A DNA stretch of 63,370 bases, counting the filler, from Octopus bimaculoides (taxonomy: Eukaryota): the NCBI RefSeq assembly GCF_001194135.2. It is 5 parts of 5 records of this genome, joined end to end, with 100 filler letters (N's around TTAATTAATTAA, not from the genome) between each part and the next. Parts side by side here need not be neighbours in the genome. Positions count along the whole stretch, not along the records: positions 10,553 to 39,391 come from NC_068982.1; 4 more parts are not named here. One strand, given 5' to 3'. Below, piece after piece: positions 12,251 to 26,072 of the stretch. Position 1 is the stretch's first letter. The number at the start of each line of letters is the position of its first letter. Position numbers and translations under genes: made by a program. The notes beneath the pieces are model-generated. The model was not told the DNA's origin, made no database searches, and saw only the letters and a list, made by a program, of their open reading frames with translations.

Positions 12251-13251
12251 CTTGCCTGTGTATTTAAATGTATGCCTATACGCATAATTCCATAGCCCTA
12301 CGGTAACTATTTCGTCATAATATCGTTCGCTCCCGTAGTCAAATCATTTTACGTTTTTGTAAATTTTAATGATACGATATTGTTTGTATATGCAGGATAG
12401 AAATACAATATTTAATTGGCTCTTCATTAGAAAGTAGAGCATTCTGAAACGATAACCACTGATATGGTAGTGTCTGCGTCTAGAGCATTCACTGAAGAAT
12501 TTCAATATATATTTAGTTTCATATCTACTACTAATAATTGTATATTCTCAAGTACATTGACACATATACTCACATACTCACTTTTTCTCACACACATAAA
12601 TATATCTGTGTATATGTATATGTGTGTACTACTATGTACTACAGCGTATACCTATAGATTTTAGCCAAAATTATATAATAGACAGATGTTAACAAGCTTC
12701 ACAAAGGATCACTTTCATTCCCATTTGAGATTTCGTCGACAATTTTCCTTTTAACTACCCAAAGAACATAAATAATAAACCCATTATTACTAAATAGGAC
12801 AGAGCGATAATGCGCATTATAACGCATTCTTGTAATTAATAAGCTTGTAATATGTTAAAAGGGTTTTGTTGCAATATTGTTACAAACTACAACGCTATTA
12901 CGTACATTGGCTTAGTTTGAGGGTACTGGTTTCTATTTCTATTAGATCGCGTGACTACATAAAGATTACTTCTTTATGTATAAAACAAAAAGCGAATGAA
13001 TTATCAGTTTATGTTATATAAGCTCGTATCTCTTCGCGGATACTAAATCTTACGCATCTATTTCACCTCTCTTGCGAGAAGTATGTATTACACTGTTCCA
13101 GAACATTTTTGTCTACCCTTCATGTCTACCCGATAGAAAGAACGGAAATTGAAACAAGCGTATGACTTCCTGAAATATATTTGATCTACAAATGGTCACC
13201 AGTAATTACTTGTCAGTATATATATATTGATGTGGGTATATATACATATAA

Positions 13252-13307
<56 letters not shown>

Positions 13308-13444
13308 TCTCACACTCACACACTCACACACATATATATACATACATATATGAGTAGATATATATGTACATACATATATATATGTNNNNNNNNNNATATA
13401 TGAGTAGATATATATGTACATACATATATATATGTATGTATGTC

Positions 13445-13497
<53 letters not shown>

Positions 13498-13529
13498 CAT
13501 AATACATACATACATGCATACATACATAC

Positions 13530-14937
13530 TATTATACAAAAGTTTAAGATCACCTAAACTTATTTTGAAAAAATATCTACAAAATGGAAATAACTGAGAG
13601 ATTCTGGGGAAATATTTTATTAATGTGTAGTTATATTTATTGAATGACATAATTAATTCAGCAACTAAACAAAACTGAAAAATCAGAAAAAAACTCTAAT
13701 TCATCGAAATATCCGCCCTTGGCGTTGATCACTGTGGTGATCTAAGTATTCTTTCGATCAATGAAAGCAAATATTGGCTGGTAATATTTTGCCACTCCTC
13801 TTGTACGAGTGTCCAGAGGGTTTCTGCACTATTTGGTTGCCGCTCTTTGACTCTGTGATACAATTCATCTCACACAATTTTGATAGGATTGCAATCGGGG
13901 GATTGTGCTGGCTATTCCATTATAGTCAACTTTTTCCTCCATTTTCTTCTATAAATAGTTTTTGCATAGCTTAGAAGTATGTTTAGAATCGTTATCATGA
14001 ATGAGCACGAAATTATCATCGATCAGCCTCGTCCCAGATGGAATATCATAACGTTCAAGCATAGAGGGATACCCGTTTTGGTTCAATATTCCAGTTACCC
14101 GATGAATATGCCCAAAACTATTGCCTTCAAAACACCTCCAAATCATCACACTTACCCCACTCAGGGGTCATCCATTCACCAATTCTTCGCCTCACTCTAC
14201 GCTAGGATCCAAAGATTCGTGTCCATTGATCAACGGTCCAGGTTTGGTGTTTTCTGGCCCATATGAGTCGCTTGTGTTTATTGATATGTCAAAGCAGTGG
14301 TTTCCTGGCAGCGCCACGGCCATTTAGAGTCTTCTCCTCCCGGTTGTAGGAGACACGTTAGCTTCGCCGGCTTCGCGTACTTGTGCAGCGATTTCACTAG
14401 CTGTCAGGCGCCTGTTTCGAAGATTCGCGATTCTGATGAACTTAGCCTGTGATTCAGAAGTCGCTTTTAGACGACCTGACCGAGCTCTGTCTCTATTTTT
14501 TCCTCTTTCATTATACCTTACAATGGTGGAGCGGACGGCAGTGTAAGAAACTTTAACTTTTTTGACTATATCACGAAAACTATAGTCTTCACTACGCAAT
14601 GTGATAATTTTTTGTCTCTTTTCAGGTGATAAATTACTGTTTTGGCCAATATTTAGGTTGATTTATAGGAATTTCACTGATTCTTATTTTTAATAATTGA
14701 ACCTGAAAGAAACAATATCACATTTAATGCAGTCATTAAGCGATGTTATCTCAACTGACAGCATATGAGGAGTGTAAATAATCAAAATGTATTGCAATGT
14801 TGCCAAAACGTGGATGCTAAAATGACTTTGACGACATTCCTGAATAGACTTGCCATGAAGAAATATCATTATTTGCATATAAAATATGTATAAATAGTAT
14901 TATTCAATATCGAATAGACCCCAAACTTTATGAAATA
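13530..14937 (-). mobile_element. Tc1/mariner (DD34E-type) transposon, dead copy with transposase pseudogene at about 13730-14650
   Basis: HTH region (SYTAVRSTIVRYNERG..RSGRLKATS), ARKPLL..WARKHQTWTVDQW, MIWRCF, HDNDSKHTSK and ME*PAQSPDCNPIKIV. Weak degenerate TIRs (CAAAAGTTTAAGATCAC at about 13538; GACCCCAAACTTT at about 14917). Confidence 0.88.
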
Positions 14938-15041
14938 TGTTATTCCATATTTTTATACCAAAATATTATCTAAATCGATGATATTTTGTAGGTGAACTTG
15001 AACTTTTGGATAGTAGCGTGTAAGTGTATGTATATATATAC

Positions 15042-15072
<31 letters not shown>

Positions 15073-15699
15073 TGCATGCGTGTGTGTATACTTATATGAT
15101 CTTGTAAATTTATTTTTCATTAAAAATCCAATTTTCAACGTGTTTAATTTCTTGATATTTTTCACATATAAAAATATATAGAACAGCCTCTCTCTCCTTT
15201 AAGTGTCTGAGGCTCTCAAAATATTTTTGTCTTCAAATACTTTACAAAGCAAAAACGAGAATTTTATTCTTTGCACATCATTTGGAAATGTAAATGAGTC
15301 GAGTGTTTTCTGAAATTGTACATTATTATAACTGAGCGACTTAAAAATGTAATGAATAACTTATCACGACACAGCTAAGCAAGAGACACAAGTACTTCTG
15401 TTTCTTCTTATCCACATCGGAAGGATGAACAACAAAGTTAAACTGAACGAGATTTGAACTCAGAAAAAGAAATATAATTAAATACCGCAAGGTGTTTTGT
15501 CCAGTGCTTTACTGATTCTGCTGCCCATTTTGATTTCTTACGTCGGTATAATCTTAGAAATTGTAGAAGGATAATATTCAAGATCAATCCTGAAGACAGT
15601 GTTTAAAATTAAATCACAGAGGTAGTCGACTAAATACTGCAAGACACTGTACCTATCACTGAGTCGATTGTACCCTACAATAATCAAATAATTGTTTTA

Positions 15700-16285
15700 A
15701 ATTTTGACACAAGGCCAGCAATTTGGGTGGAGGGGATAAGTCGATTATATCGACCCCAGTGTTCAATAGGTAATTATTTTATCGACCCTGAAAGGATAAA
15801 TGGCAAAGTTGATCTCGGCGTAATTTGAACTTAGAATATAAAGACAGACGAAATGCCGGTAAGCACTTTGCCAGGTGTGCTAACGATTCTGCCAGTCCGC
15901 ATCCTTGAACAATAATCAAATAATAGCAACAATTGTACAACTTAACTTTTTTAGATCCTCAAACTTTACTATATTAATTATAATCTATCACGAGTATGTG
16001 AAAATATTTAGTCTTACCATGTACATTACTTAAGATTAAAATATTGGTTTCAGTTTTTGACACGAGACCAGCAAACTCCTGGGGGGAAGTTAAGTCGATT
16101 ACATTGTCCCGTAGAGTTGAACTGGTACCTATTTTATCGACCTTGTTATCGACCTTGAAAAGATGAAAGGCAAAGTCAACCTCGGCGGAATTTGAATTCA
16201 GGAAGTAAAAAGTGTACGAAATCCCGCAAAAAAAAAAAAGCATTTTGCCTGACGTACTAAAGCTTCAGCTACCTCGCCGCCTTAG
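15700..16285 (-). mobile_element. Two tandem SINE family D copies (15710-15900, 16060-16280)
   Basis: Both carry the GATGAAAGGCAAAGTCGACCTCGGCGGAATTTGAACTCAG core, the reverse of family D. A further remnant lies at 15400-15520. Confidence 0.75.
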
Positions 16286-18360
16286 TTAAGAGTCAGACAT
16301 TAACCAATGAGTGTACAGTGCCGGGAACTATACTATTGAGAAACTGAGACTCAGTAGATTCTCTACATATTTGCTATACTTGTATCAAGTGTTCTCTGAT
16401 TTTGGAAAATAGAGTCTGTAACGCACACACTGATGTGTTGTTTTGACATAAAGAAGAGGTTATTTAAACAGTAATAATGTTTCTATACTATTACGTGTGC
16501 GCATGTGTATACTTTTGTTTATCTGTGTCCTCGCATGTGTAGGCTTGTGAGAGTTTGGTAAACAAGGTTTGTTTTCGGTTAAAGCACGTTGTTTCTGAAT
16601 GCATTTTGTTGATCGTGTTTACTTGACCCTCTACCTATGCAAATATTCAGAGCCAATATCCTACCTGAGTTCCTTGCCTCGTCTGTGTTAACTGATGACA
16701 TTGGCCTGAAAATCTTCAAATTGTATATCTACCACATCACTCTTACTTCAAGTTGTATATCTACTCTTACTTCAAGTTGTATATCACTCTTACTTGTGTG
16801 GGTAGAGAGACTACAAAGCTCATTGACAGAACCACTCCTCATTAAATTGCTTTGAAATTAAAAAAATATAGCTTGTCATATATTGCGCTGTGAAATATAT
16901 GATTAATCTTACAAGTTGGTTTATGTGTTGAATAATAGAGTTGCTGCACTCTCCAGTTTGAGTTTTCGATCAGATTTCACATTCTAGATGCAACCATAAG
17001 CATATAAATCTTAAGTGTCACACAAACATCTTTCTTTCATGTGATATACGAAATGGGTAGATTTAAAGGTTTGAATGTTTACGAGTAATATGTGTTTGCT
17101 GCTAATATATCAATATTATTATTAGTAGTAGTATTCTTGTTGTTGCTGCTGCTGTCGCTGTTGTTGTTCTTGTTCATGTGGTGGGAAGACGTGTTTTTTT
17201 TTTTCTCTCCAAGACATGACATTATTTTTGGCACTACTAAATGAAATTTTTTTTCAAGCACTTACAAAAGTATAGTTACAATTATTTAAAGAATGCCTGT
17301 CCCCGATATACGAGGTAAACAATAAAAAGAAGGATTGTTTTTATAGACTTTATATTTTATACTTACACGTACCGGACACAGTTCACACTTAAAATGACTA
17401 TCAGACCCAAATAAGGTACAAGACAAAACGAGACGGAAAAGACAATAGAAAAACAAGTTACACAACCGAATGAACAAAATGAAAAATGAACATTTTAATG
17501 AAAAATTCATAGAAAAATATTTCAAACGGTCTAACAATAATAAAAACAAGACGACACTCGCACATAGTAAAACTTTATAAATCACTCATACAGTGGTTGT
17601 TTAGACTAGTTGTGCCTCAATGAAATACGAAATTTTTAGATTTAGCCCAGCTCCTAGAAAATAGGTAGTTTGAAAAACTAGCGAGAGATTTTTTTTTTTG
17701 TAAGATCTAATCTAAAAGAGAGCCATGCGTGTTTTAGAAAGGATGATGCTGGGTTACAATTATCATTATTATTATTGTTGTTGTTGTTGTTGTTGTTATC
17801 TTCTTTCAATTTTGTTTCCATTTCTTACCGAGTGTCCTCCTAACACCAAGGGCAAAGAAACTCATTTTATACATTGGTTCACCATTAAAATAAACACACC
17901 AGATTGTTAATTTATAAAGTCATGTGAAAGAAAAGAAAAGAAAAAAGGCAGAGGAAAGAAGGAAAAAGAATTAAAAAATTAAAAAGTAAAGAAAATAAGG
18001 GGGGGATTCTCAGCGACAATGCTCTTCTCAGTACGTGTGACGTACCAGTTCAGACAATCTTTTGCACTTCTTCAAATAATTTTCAGTTCCATTTTTGATT
18101 ATTCCAAGTGTGCCTACAATCACTGGTATTGTAACCGTCTTGAGATGCCACATTTTTCGATTTCAATAAGCAGATCTTTATATTTTCTGAGCTTATCAAA
18201 TTCTTTTGCCGAGTATACAATGTATAGTGATGAAGCGGTGGGCTGGGTGGTCGCATTGGCCGCGAGTAAAGGTGATGAATTGTGTTGCTGTTTGAGAGGG
18301 GAAATTGGAAGTCAGATAACCAAAAATTTCTGAGCGTACTTGATTAATGTATAGGTGGTG

Positions 18361-18392
<32 letters not shown>

Positions 18393-18899
18393 GGTGGTGG
18401 TGCAACAGTGATAATAGCTCTGAGGGTACAATCGTATGATTTCACTATTGCAGTTAGTGCTGTTGTTAATGTGGTGGTGGTCCTGGTGCTGCTGCTGCTT
18501 CTACTGCTGCTGGTGACTGTGGGGACGATGATGGTGGGATCGATCGTCGTTGTCATTATCGGCGTTGTCATGGTGATGATGATCACAGAGGAGATGGCAG
18601 AGGACTAGATACTAATATACTTTCAACAGTCTGTTGAGAATGCAGTTGCTACTGCTGCTGTTTCTACATCTGATGACGTTCATAAGGTGTAAGGGGACGT
18701 GATGAAGGAAGAGGAAAGAGAGCCATTTCAATGGCTATATATTGCAGAAGATATCAGTGATGCTGCTAACGTTGATGATGACGAGCCAATAATGAGGCAG
18801 TGATTGGTGATTGAGAGAGTAATGGGAAAAGGAGAGAGTGAGAAAGAGAAAGACTGCACGTTTGTTGTTTCTTCTTCTTCTTCTTCTTCTTCTTCTTCT

Positions 18900-18901
18900 T
18901 C

Positions 18902-18969
<68 letters not shown>

Positions 18970-19045
18970 ATGATGATGATGATGATGATGATGATGACGA
19001 CGACGACGGCGACGACGACGATGATGTTGATGATGATGATGATGG
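18900..19045. repeat. (GAT)n/(GAC)n microsatellite within the low-complexity block 18350-19050
   Basis: Direct reading of the sequence. Confidence 0.95.
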
Positions 19046-20214
19046 GGGTTGATATAACTCCTATCGCAAACTATATCCTTTCGAATCTGTTTTGTCCGTT
19101 TGTAAGAGATAATTAATAGGTCTGGCCATGTTCTAATGACTTCAGATTTCAAACGAAATACTTAGGTTTAAAATGTCAAGTATAGGGTTTGAAATGTTTT
19201 TTGTTTTTATTTTGTTGTTGTTTTTTTGTTTTGTTTTGTTTTTGTTTTTTTGTTTTACTCATATTCCATATTTATTAATCAGTAATTTTCTTTCCAGTCA
19301 ATGATAAAAATGATATGAGAGGGGTTTTGAAAAGCGAGGAGAAAACGGGTAAAAGATATAGAGCGGCCTAGATAGGATTTAATAATGAATGCATCGGTTT
19401 CTGCTATGAATGAAAATTTCTAATGTGTCATTAGAGTCTTTATTACAATATCTGAATAGCAATCTACTCTACTCTGGCGGATATATTTAGTATTTATTGC
19501 GTTGCACTGAAAGCTGTTACCTCTGGGTCACGTATGGGAATTGATAGAAATTCCTTGTGAATACATCAAACAAAGGATGAAAGCCATATATCCATGTAGT
19601 CATCGATTGTAATTTCACATTGGTAACTATCGAAATAAAGAGTGAAGGATTAACAACGTGTTAAAGATATTTTTGCATGTAAACGATAAAATCTGCAGCT
19701 TTGTTAAATGAATATATTGATTAACATAAATGAAAGAAATGACATATAAGCTGAAGTAAATATCATATTGAAACTATTACTGAGTGTATTAAAAGATTTT
19801 GATTTTTTTTTTTTTAATTATTGCGGTGAAATTACAAAAATCCTTTTACTTATCTGGATTGTTTATTTGTTTTATATCTCAATTGATTAACAGTAGTGCA
19901 TTGGTTACAAGCTTCTAACAGCTCAATCACTGATTCAGTTCTGACGGGAAGTGGGTCAAGAGAGTATGTAACATGATGCAGAACAAATACCACAAGGGAC
20001 TTCGTTTGTAAAGTACCGTTTAATCGGCTTTTTTATGATATATACCGGCGAAAGATAAAGACACATATGCACACACAATCATACACACACACACACGCAC
20101 GCACACATACTCACATACACATACTCTCTCTCGTTTTCTCTCACATACACACACACATATATACACATACACACATGTGGAACACAAACATACGCACGCA
20201 CATACATACATGCA

Positions 20215-20470
20215 TATGTGTACGATGGGCTTCCCTCAATTTTTATCATCTACTCTCAATGTATTTGTGATTCCGAAACTATGGTGGAAGACACTTGCCC
20301 AGGGTGCCATGCGGTGGATCGACTTGGGCCATGTTGTTGCGAAACCAGCTTCTTAACTATACAACCATCCCTACACCTATATAAATGTATTCTTTTATTC
20401 TTTTATTTGTTTCAGTCATTTGACTGCAGCCAAGGACGCACAGTACCAATCGCCTTCACTAGCTCTTCGA
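20215..20470 (-). mobile_element. SINE family A fragments (head 20215-20375, tail 20395-20470)
   Basis: GAAGACACTTGCCCAGGGTGCCATGC and TTGTTTCAGTCATTTGACTGCAGCCA motifs. Confidence 0.65.
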
Positions 20471-20899
20471 CGTTGATTAATGAGCTAGTATTTAACCTGA
20501 ATAACTTGGGGGTTTTATTAATACGTGAACATGAAACAAATCACTTGTCTGGGATGAATGCTTGGAAAAGAGTAAGCTCCGGCAAAGCAAGCGAGTGGCG
20601 TTAAACATAGCAGCGAGTTAAGCCATCGTCTTAAATACAAGACATCAAAACTTATTTACAACACTGATTGTTTCGTTCATTCCTCAATTTATCCGATCCA
20701 CGTTAATTTCAGTTTGTACAGATAGCTCACCATGTGCCGTGAACTGAAATGTATCAATGATTAGTATGCACAATCTTACCTTTGTCTACTCCAGTTGCCA
20801 CCAAAATCTTCTATCTTGTACGCAAAAATGGTAGTAAAACAGATGTAACATTGTGAAGGACTCTTTGCCCACTAAACGGTTAATATGACAGATACAAAG

Positions 20900-21062
20900 A
20901 AGACGGTGTGCTGGCAGAATCGTTAGCACAGTGGCATTTCATCCGTCTTCTCGTTCTGAGTTCAAATTCCGCTGAGGTCGACTTTGCCTTTCATCCTTTC
21001 GGGCTCGATAAAATAAGTACCCCCACCCACAAAAGTGTTGGCGTTGTGTCAAAATTTGAAAT
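20900..21062 (+). mobile_element. SINE family D
   Basis: CTGGCAGAATCGTTAGCAC...GAGTTCAAATTCCGCTGAGGTCGACTTTGCCTTTCATCCTTTCGG. Confidence 0.75.
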
Positions 21063-21529
21063 TAATATGAATGGTACAAAGATAAAAGCAATCATAAATA
21101 TGTTAAGTGAATCAAACGTTTAATATTTGTCATGTATATCAGGGATGGAGTGGCATGTATTAAAATGTTCTGTATTTTATGCAGAAGCGAAAGTATGAAA
21201 AAAAACTAATCCTGGTAAGATTTGAACTCATAAAATGAACAACAAATGAAACACTAATGAATTCAATCATAATCAATGGAAATTTTTAATAATCTAGCTA
21301 TTGATTCAGTAGCTTCATTATCGATTTGAGAAAATAAATACATAAAATGCAGCTTGTCATAAATTTTACTGAATTACAGAGTACACTAACCTCAGACTAT
21401 TCCAAAACATTTCCTGAATTCCACATGATGATGAAAACAAATAGCAGTTCCTCACGGTTTCTAATTTATGAAGCTTCTCCTAAAAATAATGCATTTTTTA
21501 ATGGGGTGGGATGGGTTGAAATAATAATA

Positions 21530-21782
21530 AATAAATGCGCCCTTTTAAAGCCTAACCAGGTTCATGAGCCCGGTTTCCCGGTTTCAATGGCGTATGTTCC
21601 CTAGCTAGACGGGACGCCAGTCCATCGCAGCGTTACTCATTTTTGCCAGCTGAGTGGACTGGAGTAACGTGAAGTGAAGTGTTTTGCTCAAGAACACAAC
21701 GCGTCGCCTGGTCCAGGAATCGAAACAACAATCTTACGATCATGATGCTGATACCCTAACCACTAAGCCACGCGCCTCCACA
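21530..21782 (-). mobile_element. tRNA-derived SINE family C with V-domain-like core
   Basis: Minus strand has the head TGTGGAGGCGCGTGGCTTAGTGGTTAGGG...GTTTCGATTCC and the core GCTGCGATGGACTGGCGTCCCGTCTAG. Second copy at 46078-46332. Confidence 0.7.
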
Positions 21783-22090
21783 TGGATGGGTTGAAGGTTA
21801 TCGGATGTTAATTTATCATATTTATGTAAATCCACAGATGTGTAAAGGAGACAACAATTTGATTGAAACAACGTCATTTTATGACTGGCACTGATTTATT
21901 AGAGCCCACCAGATGTAGATGCTACAAATACAGATTCAAGCACAGTTTCTGACACTTTCCTAGACCTTATTTAAATAAAGTATTAATACTTGTTATAATA
22001 ATGACTTACCACTTTGACACGCGGTCAAATATTTGTAGTAGCAGGCAAGTAGGTTTACGGTTCATTAGCTATCTACTTATTAAATTAGCT

Positions 22091-22478
22091 GGAGGCGCAA
22101 TGACCCAGTGGTTAGGGCAGCCGACTCGCGGTCATAGGATCGCGGTTTCGATTCCGAGACCTGGCGTTGTGAGTGTTTATTGAGCGAAAACACCTCAAGC
22201 TCCACGAGCCTAACCGACAGGAGATGGTGGGGAACCCTGCTGTACTCTTCCACCACAACTTTCTCTCACTCTTACTTCCTGTTTCTGTTGTGCCTGTAAT
22301 TCAAAGGGTCAGCCTTGTCACATTGTGTCACGCTGAATATCCCCGAGAACTACGTTAAGGGTACACGTGTCAGTGGAGTGCTCAGCCACTTGCACGTTAA
22401 TTTCACGAGCAAGCTGTTCCGTTGATCGGATAAACTGGAACCCTCGACGTCGTAAGTAACGGCGTGCCAACAACAATT
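22091..22478 (+). mobile_element. tRNA-derived SINE family B, full length
   Basis: Head GGAGGCGCAATGACCCAGTGGTTAGGGC...GGTTTCGATTCC with A/B boxes and a (CAA)n tail. Heads recur at 11744-11845 and 63343-63370. Confidence 0.82.
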
Positions 22479-23149
22479 AAATTAGCCACTGGGGAATGTA
22501 AGACGAAGGGTTTGAAATCTGAATGTAACAGGTAATATTAATTTAGTTAAACATTGTCATTGCTGTCCCTCCCCAGCTCAACTGACATAAATACTACAGT
22601 CTGCAGTTTGTTTTGTGGTTTGTTTCTCACAGCGTGGAAAAAGGATAGGCTTTCATAGAAAAGGGTTGTTGTCTATTGAAAGGACAGCGTTACACGGAGA
22701 GGCATTTCTCTTCAGAACTATAAAATACTTTATTCTACACAGCTATTAACACTTTGATAAAACTCCAGTGGGACCAACAATGAAATAGGGTTCGAAAATA
22801 AAGTTATACTGGAACTTATTGGCATGAATTCACTCGTCGACATGCTCCGATACTGACTCTCAAAGCTGGCTAGGTTCGTACCACTTCCACTCAAGCGCCC
22901 TTCCTCGCCGATCTTATGTCCAAAGTCCTGGCCCCGCACCAACATCTTCATACTACCCAGCCTTCCCAAAGCGTCGGTCCTAAGGGATTTGCTCCCTGCA
23001 TATTTTCTTCTACCGTAGCCGTCTTGCAACAGTTTAAATGTAACGCTAACACTAATTTCTCGACGACCTTCGAAGGCCTGCCTGGTCCATGAGTACTTCC
23101 CCATTTCCTCATAGACCAGCCTGGCAGAAAGAAAAATTAATATCTAACT

Positions 23150-23345
23150 GGTACCAAGGCGGTGAGTTGATAGAATCGTTAGCACGCCGGAAAAAATGCT
23201 TAGCGGCATTTCGTCCACCTTTTTGTTCTGAATACAGATTCTGCCGAGGTCGACTTTGCCTTCCATCTTTTCTGGATCGATAAAATAATTACCAGTACAG
23301 CCCTGATCCTCGAAATCGCTGGCCTTGTGCCAAAATTCGAAACCA
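23150..23345 (+). mobile_element. SINE family D
   Basis: GAATCGTTAGCACGCCGG...GAGGTCGACTTTGCCTT core. Further minus-strand copies at 23995-24160, 24410-24500, 25450-25550 and 28260-28400. Confidence 0.75.
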
Positions 23346-24189
23346 ATATATTACTGTCATTTATTACCTCAATCCGAAGACTGATAATAAATTTTTACTG
23401 GTGGGAATTTCCGTACATTTAAAGAGGAAACTAAAAGCAATGAAATACATAGTCCAGTGCTCTACTGTTTCTGCCAACTCACTGTAAATACATTATCATG
23501 ATTAAATGAATGAAATAACGTTATATATTTAAAACGGCCACAAATGAACTGTTGATAATGAAGCAACAGTAATTTATGTAGTAAAGAGCAATAAATTATC
23601 GGAGTGCATGCTTTACTAGAGTGTTTCGAATTGATTTGTTAGCTCAATCGTTTAAGGTCATATACCATCAAAATCTTTAAGGGTTTTTTTAATCCTTAAG
23701 TATTCAAGACAACGGTAGAATCTCCCTCTGGTCGACCGGTTTGCTAGAATAAGCAACTAAATTTCCCTCATTAGACACCCTACTGTCATATATAAACAGA
23801 TCAGACTGGTTAATGTAGTTATACACTATGCCTGAAAGAATGCTGGCATGATCATTGCTGAAGAACCTTTGATTTTAGGTCAACATGATTGATCAGAACT
23901 GACCTGGTACTAAACAACAAAAATATTAGAGTTTGATAAAGTAAACGCCAATGTTACCAAGCATTGATTAGAAAATAATAATTCTTTCTAATTTTGGCGC
24001 AAGGCCAGCAAATTTCAGGCGGGGTGTAATCGGTTACATTGACACCAGTAAATCATTGGTATTCATTTTATCAACGCCGAAAGGTTAAAAAGTAAAGTCG
24101 ACCTCGGTGGAATTTGAACTCAGGATGTAACGCCTCGGAAGAGATACTGCTCTAACAATTCTACCACCTTCAACACAATAATAGTAATA

Positions 24190-24392
24190 CAGTAATCCCT
24201 CGCCATATCGTGGTTCACCTATCGCGGTTTATTATTTAAGTTTACGTCGATTCCTCCGCAGTGTATTCATAATGAAATAAATATATACAGATTATAAAAA
24301 AACATACAGTACAGTACTTTTTCTACTTCGCAGGTTTTCACCTATCGCGGGGTTTTTAGAACGTAACACCCGCGATAGTCGAGGGATTACTG
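24190..24392. mobile_element. Tigger/pogo-like MITE, about 203 bp
   Basis: TIRs CAGTAATCCCTCG...CGAGGGATTACTG, with TA target duplication at 24188-24189 and 24393-24394. Confidence 0.85.
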
Positions 24393-26020
24393 TAATTCTT
24401 TCAAATTTAGGCACAAGGGTAGCATGTTTGAAGGTAGCGGGTAGATGATTATATCAACCCCAGTGCTCAACTGGTAATTATTTTACCAACCTCGAAATGA
24501 TGAATGTCAAAGCTAACAGCTTTGACATTGGGACTACTTGTCCTCTTCACTTGCTCCGACAAAATTCGAAGGCTCTGAAAAGGAATATGGGTGCTGCTCT
24601 TCCTCCTTTGGCTAAAACATTTAAAGAAATATTAGAGAAAGATATTGACAAAGATAAAAAAGTTGTCTCAATGAAAATAGTAAGTCCTTGATGACGTCGA
24701 CGACGGCAGCGGTGGTGGTGGCCAGAGAGTGCTAAAAAAACCTATCGGGAAATACGTATCAATTCATAATTGGAAATTCCACAAGTCTGAGAGTGTAACC
24801 GAAGAGACGGAAAAACGTTTGTGAGAAGTACGGTTGTAATGTTTTTGTTTTGTTTCTTTTGTTTCTTTTTTCTTGTTTTTTTTTTGTTTTTTGTTTTTTT
24901 CTAAATGGTAAAAACAATTGAATCAATGGTCAGCATCCGTATGAGTGGCTACACTGTATCACAGTAAATACTGAGTAGACAGTGAGTTAAACATTCTTTC
25001 AGCTGGTATCTCTCTCATTAAATATGAAGAGTTGATTTAATGTATGTATAGCAACAGGATACTGTCTTCTCCAAGATTGTCTGATATTCAAATTATCTGA
25101 CATTAGTCAACCTTAGATAGCTTTATCTAGAAAATGAAGGTGGCGGAGACATTATGTGTCTTTATTGATAAGCTAATCGATAAGTTTCTATATAAGAAAA
25201 TAATGAAGCCAGAGGAAGTTACGTCCAGACGACTCGCGGATTTTATGTCTTCATTTTTACTTAATTATTTTTTGTTTTTGTAGTTTACATATTCGAAGAA
25301 AGACTGAACGTCAATTTTAATCTTCTATACATCTTCGATTCATATTCATCTTATGTATTATAATTTCATTCACATTTAGGATGCTTTATTAGAATATAAA
25401 TCCACTACATCTGTACTTAACTATATTTCATTTTTATCGATGCGCGCGGTAAGAAAAACTTTGCTCTTCGCAGAATTTGAACTCAGAGCATAAAGAACCG
25501 GTAATTAAATACTGCATGCAATTTCCCTGAAGCTCTAATGGTTTTGCCAATACACAAAAGTGATACTGATGAATCATTTACAATTAATTCTTCATATTAT
25601 TATCATCATCATCTGTCGACTACAACTTGGAATTGCATCGGGTGCGATGTCCGACGTGACACATATCAAACATATATTAATAGCCTAAGTTCCGCAATAG
25701 CTGCAACACCACAGCATTTTTTTACCATGTTCACTGTTCATCATCCCATGGGTAGGGTCTCAGGCTATGATTTGGTTAAATAAGTACTTAAAAATGATAG
25801 AAATGCACAAAAATGCACGCAGATGGAATGATGTCACCAGGCGGTTGTTATCGATTGATGGCAGTAGAACAGGAAACTGAGAAATTATTTAAACCAATCT
25901 GTTGCTGTTTTGCAAAAATCTGTGATAATAATTACCTGTTGTCAAAGTAAAATAGCTTTGCCGGGGGTTGTGTGCTTTTAGAAAAGAACGGATATACTTG
26001 TTGCTGGTGTCTTTCTTCAC

Positions 26021-26072
<52 letters not shown>

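Noticed and set aside
22091-22165. tRNA-like sequence
   Set aside because: It is a SINE head: it continues into a SINE body, recurs in the window, and I could not fold a canonical cloverleaf.
22730-23104. 124-aa minus ORF, and a DVGAGPG methyltransferase-like motif in another frame
   Set aside because: No recognisable domain. The motif is bracketed by stops within a few codons.
24497-24691. 64-aa plus ORF with a GTAAGT near its end
   Set aside because: It starts inside a SINE remnant, has a weak acceptor, lies in the CpG-retaining zone and has no partner exons.
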